DNA of 35,471 nucleotides, from the NCBI GenBank assembly GCA_029938985.1, contig JAOZTW010000001.1, positions 1 to 35,471 on the forward strand, read 5' to 3'. Made by a program: the position numbers and the translations under genes. Of this stretch, positions 33,434 to 35,471 are shown piece by piece. How positions within the stretch are numbered: position 1 is the first letter of the stretch; every line of letters starts with the position of its first letter. The notes beneath the pieces are model-generated. The model searched no databases, had not been told where the DNA came from, and saw only the letters and a program-made list of their open reading frames with translations. Source of the stretch: Bacteroidales bacterium. Its GTDB lineage: Bacteria; Bacteroidota; Bacteroidia; Bacteroidales; JAOZQN01.

Positions 33434-34249
33434 ATGAATAATACTTTAAAAAATAATCTTACATACATTGTTTTTGCAATATTTTTAATAATATCTTCCT
33501 GTGGTATTTTTAAAAATAATACAAATATAAAAAACACAAATGAATTAACCGAAAGTGAAAAAATTATTGATACTATAGTGTCTAATTATCTCAATTATAA
33601 AACACTTCTTATAAAATATAGTGCAAACTATAAAACAGATAAACAGTCTATTAATTTTTCTGGCACAATAAGAATGGTAAAAGATTCGGCTATGCTAATA
33701 ACAGTTTCTCCTGGTTTTGGAATAGAGCTTGGCAGAGTTTTAATTACAAACGATTCCGTGATGTTCTATAATAATTTTAACAACTCGTATCTTAAAGAAG
33801 ATAAATCTTATTTTGAAAAAAGCTATGGTTTAGATTTGCAGTTTTCTACTCTCGAAGCAATTTTAACAAATAAAATATTTACATATCCTGCAACCAACAA
33901 AATTTCTGATTATAAATACAGTGCAGATTCGCTGAATTATTTATATAGTTTTTTACGCAAGCATCCACGAAATGAAAAATTAACAGATTTTAAACACGAA
34001 TTTAAAATAGATAAACAGACCTATAGTGTAAAGCAACATTTTATAGAAGATAATGTTAATTTTAGAGGTTTAAATGTTAATTACACAGATTTTTTATATA
34101 TAAATAATTCTTTTTTTCCAGAAAAATTTTCAATATCACTTAAAGAAAAACAAAAACATGAATTGTCTTTTTCTTATAAAAAAGTAATGGTGGATAAATC
34201 GTTTAAATTAAATTTAAAAATTCCAAAAAATGCAAAACAAATTGAATAA
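33434..34249 (+). CDS. DUF4292-like lipoprotein
   Basis: The lipoprotein signal is 'IVFAIFLIISSCG'. It occupies the conserved Bacteroidota position between the TPR protein and the M23 protein. I prefer the ATG at 33434 over the ORF-track TTG at 33428. Confidence 0.55.
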   Translation: MNNTLKNNLTYIVFAIFLIISSCGIFKNNTNIKNTNELTESEKIIDTIVSNYLNYKTLLIKYSANYKTDKQSINFSGTIRMVKDSAMLITVSPGFGIELGRVLITNDSVMFYNNFNNSYLKEDKSYFEKSYGLDLQFSTLEAILTNKIFTYPATNKISDYKYSADSLNYLYSFLRKHPRNEKLTDFKHEFKIDKQTYSVKQHFIEDNVNFRGLNVNYTDFLYINNSFFPEKFSISLKEKQKHELSFSYKKVMVDKSFKLNLKIPKNAKQIE

Positions 34250-35384
34250 TATAATAATATTTTGTACTATATTTATAATTTCTATATTTCTAAATTTATC
34301 TGTTTTTTCGCAAGCAAGTAATTTTACAAACGAAATTGATAACTATGAAAATTTACTAAGCTCGGCAAGAACAAAAAACTATATAACAACCAATGAGTTA
34401 CTATTATTATCAAAAAAAATAGAAATAAGAGAAAGCTTTATTTCTACAATAAATTCGGAAATAAAAAAAATTGATAAAACAATAAACTCAATTCAGACCT
34501 CAATAGAGAGAATAAACAGTGATTTAGATGTGGCAAAACAACAATATGCTAAATTACTTGTGTTTACATACTTAAATAAGTCTGAATCTACTATTTTAAT
34601 GTATATTCTTTCAGCCAATAGTTTTAATCAAGCATACTTGCGATTCAAGTATTTGAAAATAATTGCTACCTACACCAAAAGACAAGCTGAGACAATATAT
34701 TTTTACAAGAAAGAGCTTGAATATCAGCAAGAAATACTTAAAAAGGAAAAAAATATCAGAGAGGATTTTAATAAATCATTTTTACTTCAAAAAAAATTAT
34801 TAACACATGATATTAAGAATCAATTAAATTCTATTGATAATTTGCAACAAAAATCTGATACTTTACGTAAACAGTTAGTGAAATACCATAAATGGCAAGA
34901 CGAAATTAATACATCGCTTACAAATGATGTTACAAATGAGCTTGATAATGCTAATGCAGAAGGCTTGACTAAAAAATTTGAAAACAATAAGGGGTTGATG
35001 CCAATGCCTTTATTTAATACTATCGTAATTAGCTCGTTTGGTGAGCATTCACATCCTACTTTGGATAAAATAAAAATTAAAAACGATGGTATTGATATTA
35101 CCTCACATTCAGACGACAAGGCAAAAGCTGTTTTTGAGGGTAGGGTAGCAAGTGTTGTGATTATTCCGAATCACAATTATTCAGTGTTGATTAAACATGG
35201 TGATTACTACACCGTTTATTCAAATATTATTAATATTAAAATAAAGAAAAACGAAAAAGTAAAACAAGGAGATATAATTGGACAGGTAGCAATTTCTGAT
35301 AAAAAATCATTTCCTGTGCTTAATTTTCAAGTTTGGCATTTGACTAATAAAAAAGACCCAATAGTTTGGGTAAAACGTAATTAA
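34230..35384 (+). CDS. EnvC-like murein hydrolase activator: coiled coil plus a degenerate M23/LytM domain
   Basis: A signal peptide and about 230 aa of coiled coil precede a LytM fold ('GIDITS...VFEGRVASVV...IKHGDYYTVYSNI...VKQGDIIGQV'). The zinc-ligand positions are substituted. Confidence 0.8.
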   Translation: MQNKLNNIIIFCTIFIISIFLNLSVFSQASNFTNEIDNYENLLSSARTKNYITTNELLLLSKKIEIRESFISTINSEIKKIDKTINSIQTSIERINSDLDVAKQQYAKLLVFTYLNKSESTILMYILSANSFNQAYLRFKYLKIIATYTKRQAETIYFYKKELEYQQEILKKEKNIREDFNKSFLLQKKLLTHDIKNQLNSIDNLQQKSDTLRKQLVKYHKWQDEINTSLTNDVTNELDNANAEGLTKKFENNKGLMPMPLFNTIVISSFGEHSHPTLDKIKIKNDGIDITSHSDDKAKAVFEGRVASVVIIPNHNYSVLIKHGDYYTVYSNIINIKIKKNEKVKQGDIIGQVAISDKKSFPVLNFQVWHLTNKKDPIVWVKRN

Positions 35385-35471
35385 ATTGTTGGCATTTTTC
35401 ACGAATATCAATTTCCTCGTTATTTTTGAAATATTAAAATACTCATTTACAAAGGTAAACTTTAATTCTAA

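Noticed and set aside
1-35471. Search for tRNA, rRNA, CRISPR arrays, integrase or transposase genes and prophage modules
   Set aside because: I saw no GC-rich cloverleaf-like segments, rRNA-like conserved blocks, regular repeat-spacer arrays, or recombinase or phage structural motifs in any frame. The only mobility-related gene is the Rpn-family nuclease.

Overview
AT-rich chromosomal window that looks Bacteroidota-like: SprB repeats, a Y_Y_Y/LytS-type kinase with a LytTR regulator, PorT-like OMP beta-barrels, TAnnTTTG-type promoter boxes and no Shine-Dalgarno sequences. I support about 30 CDS and see no rRNA, tRNA or CRISPR. Housekeeping genes are rnhB, pyrH, nadA, rpiB and dut, plus a conserved envelope block (flippase, dut, sugar nucleotidyltransferase, TPR lipoprotein, DUF4292-like lipoprotein, EnvC-like M23 protein). 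The main candidate for a new system is a six-gene minus-strand operon at 2483..10749. It encodes a SprB-repeat secreted protein, a FemX-like acyltransferase, a NodB deacetylase, an NRPS-type adenylation domain fused to a GNAT region, a stand-alone carrier protein and another GNAT protein. The logic resembles Dlt/AlmEFG aminoacylation but uses GNAT/FemX-fold transferases. A SAM methyltransferase and a hexapeptide-acetyltransferase remnant flank it. Other accessory content: two tandem FGE-fold paralogs without the catalytic cysteines, a run of four OMP genes (three sharing a conserved 3' flank motif), an Rpn-family PD-(D/E)xK nuclease inserted after dut, and an orphan PD-(D/E)xK protein. The intergenic DNA carries many small repeats: a 40-bp tandem array, a 183-bp inverted-repeat-bounded element, two dispersed repeat families, phased GAAATTCA arrays, and a DnaA-box-like cluster in the 600-bp nadA/rpiB divergent spacer. 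All calls come from reading the sequence and motif recognition; no searches were run.
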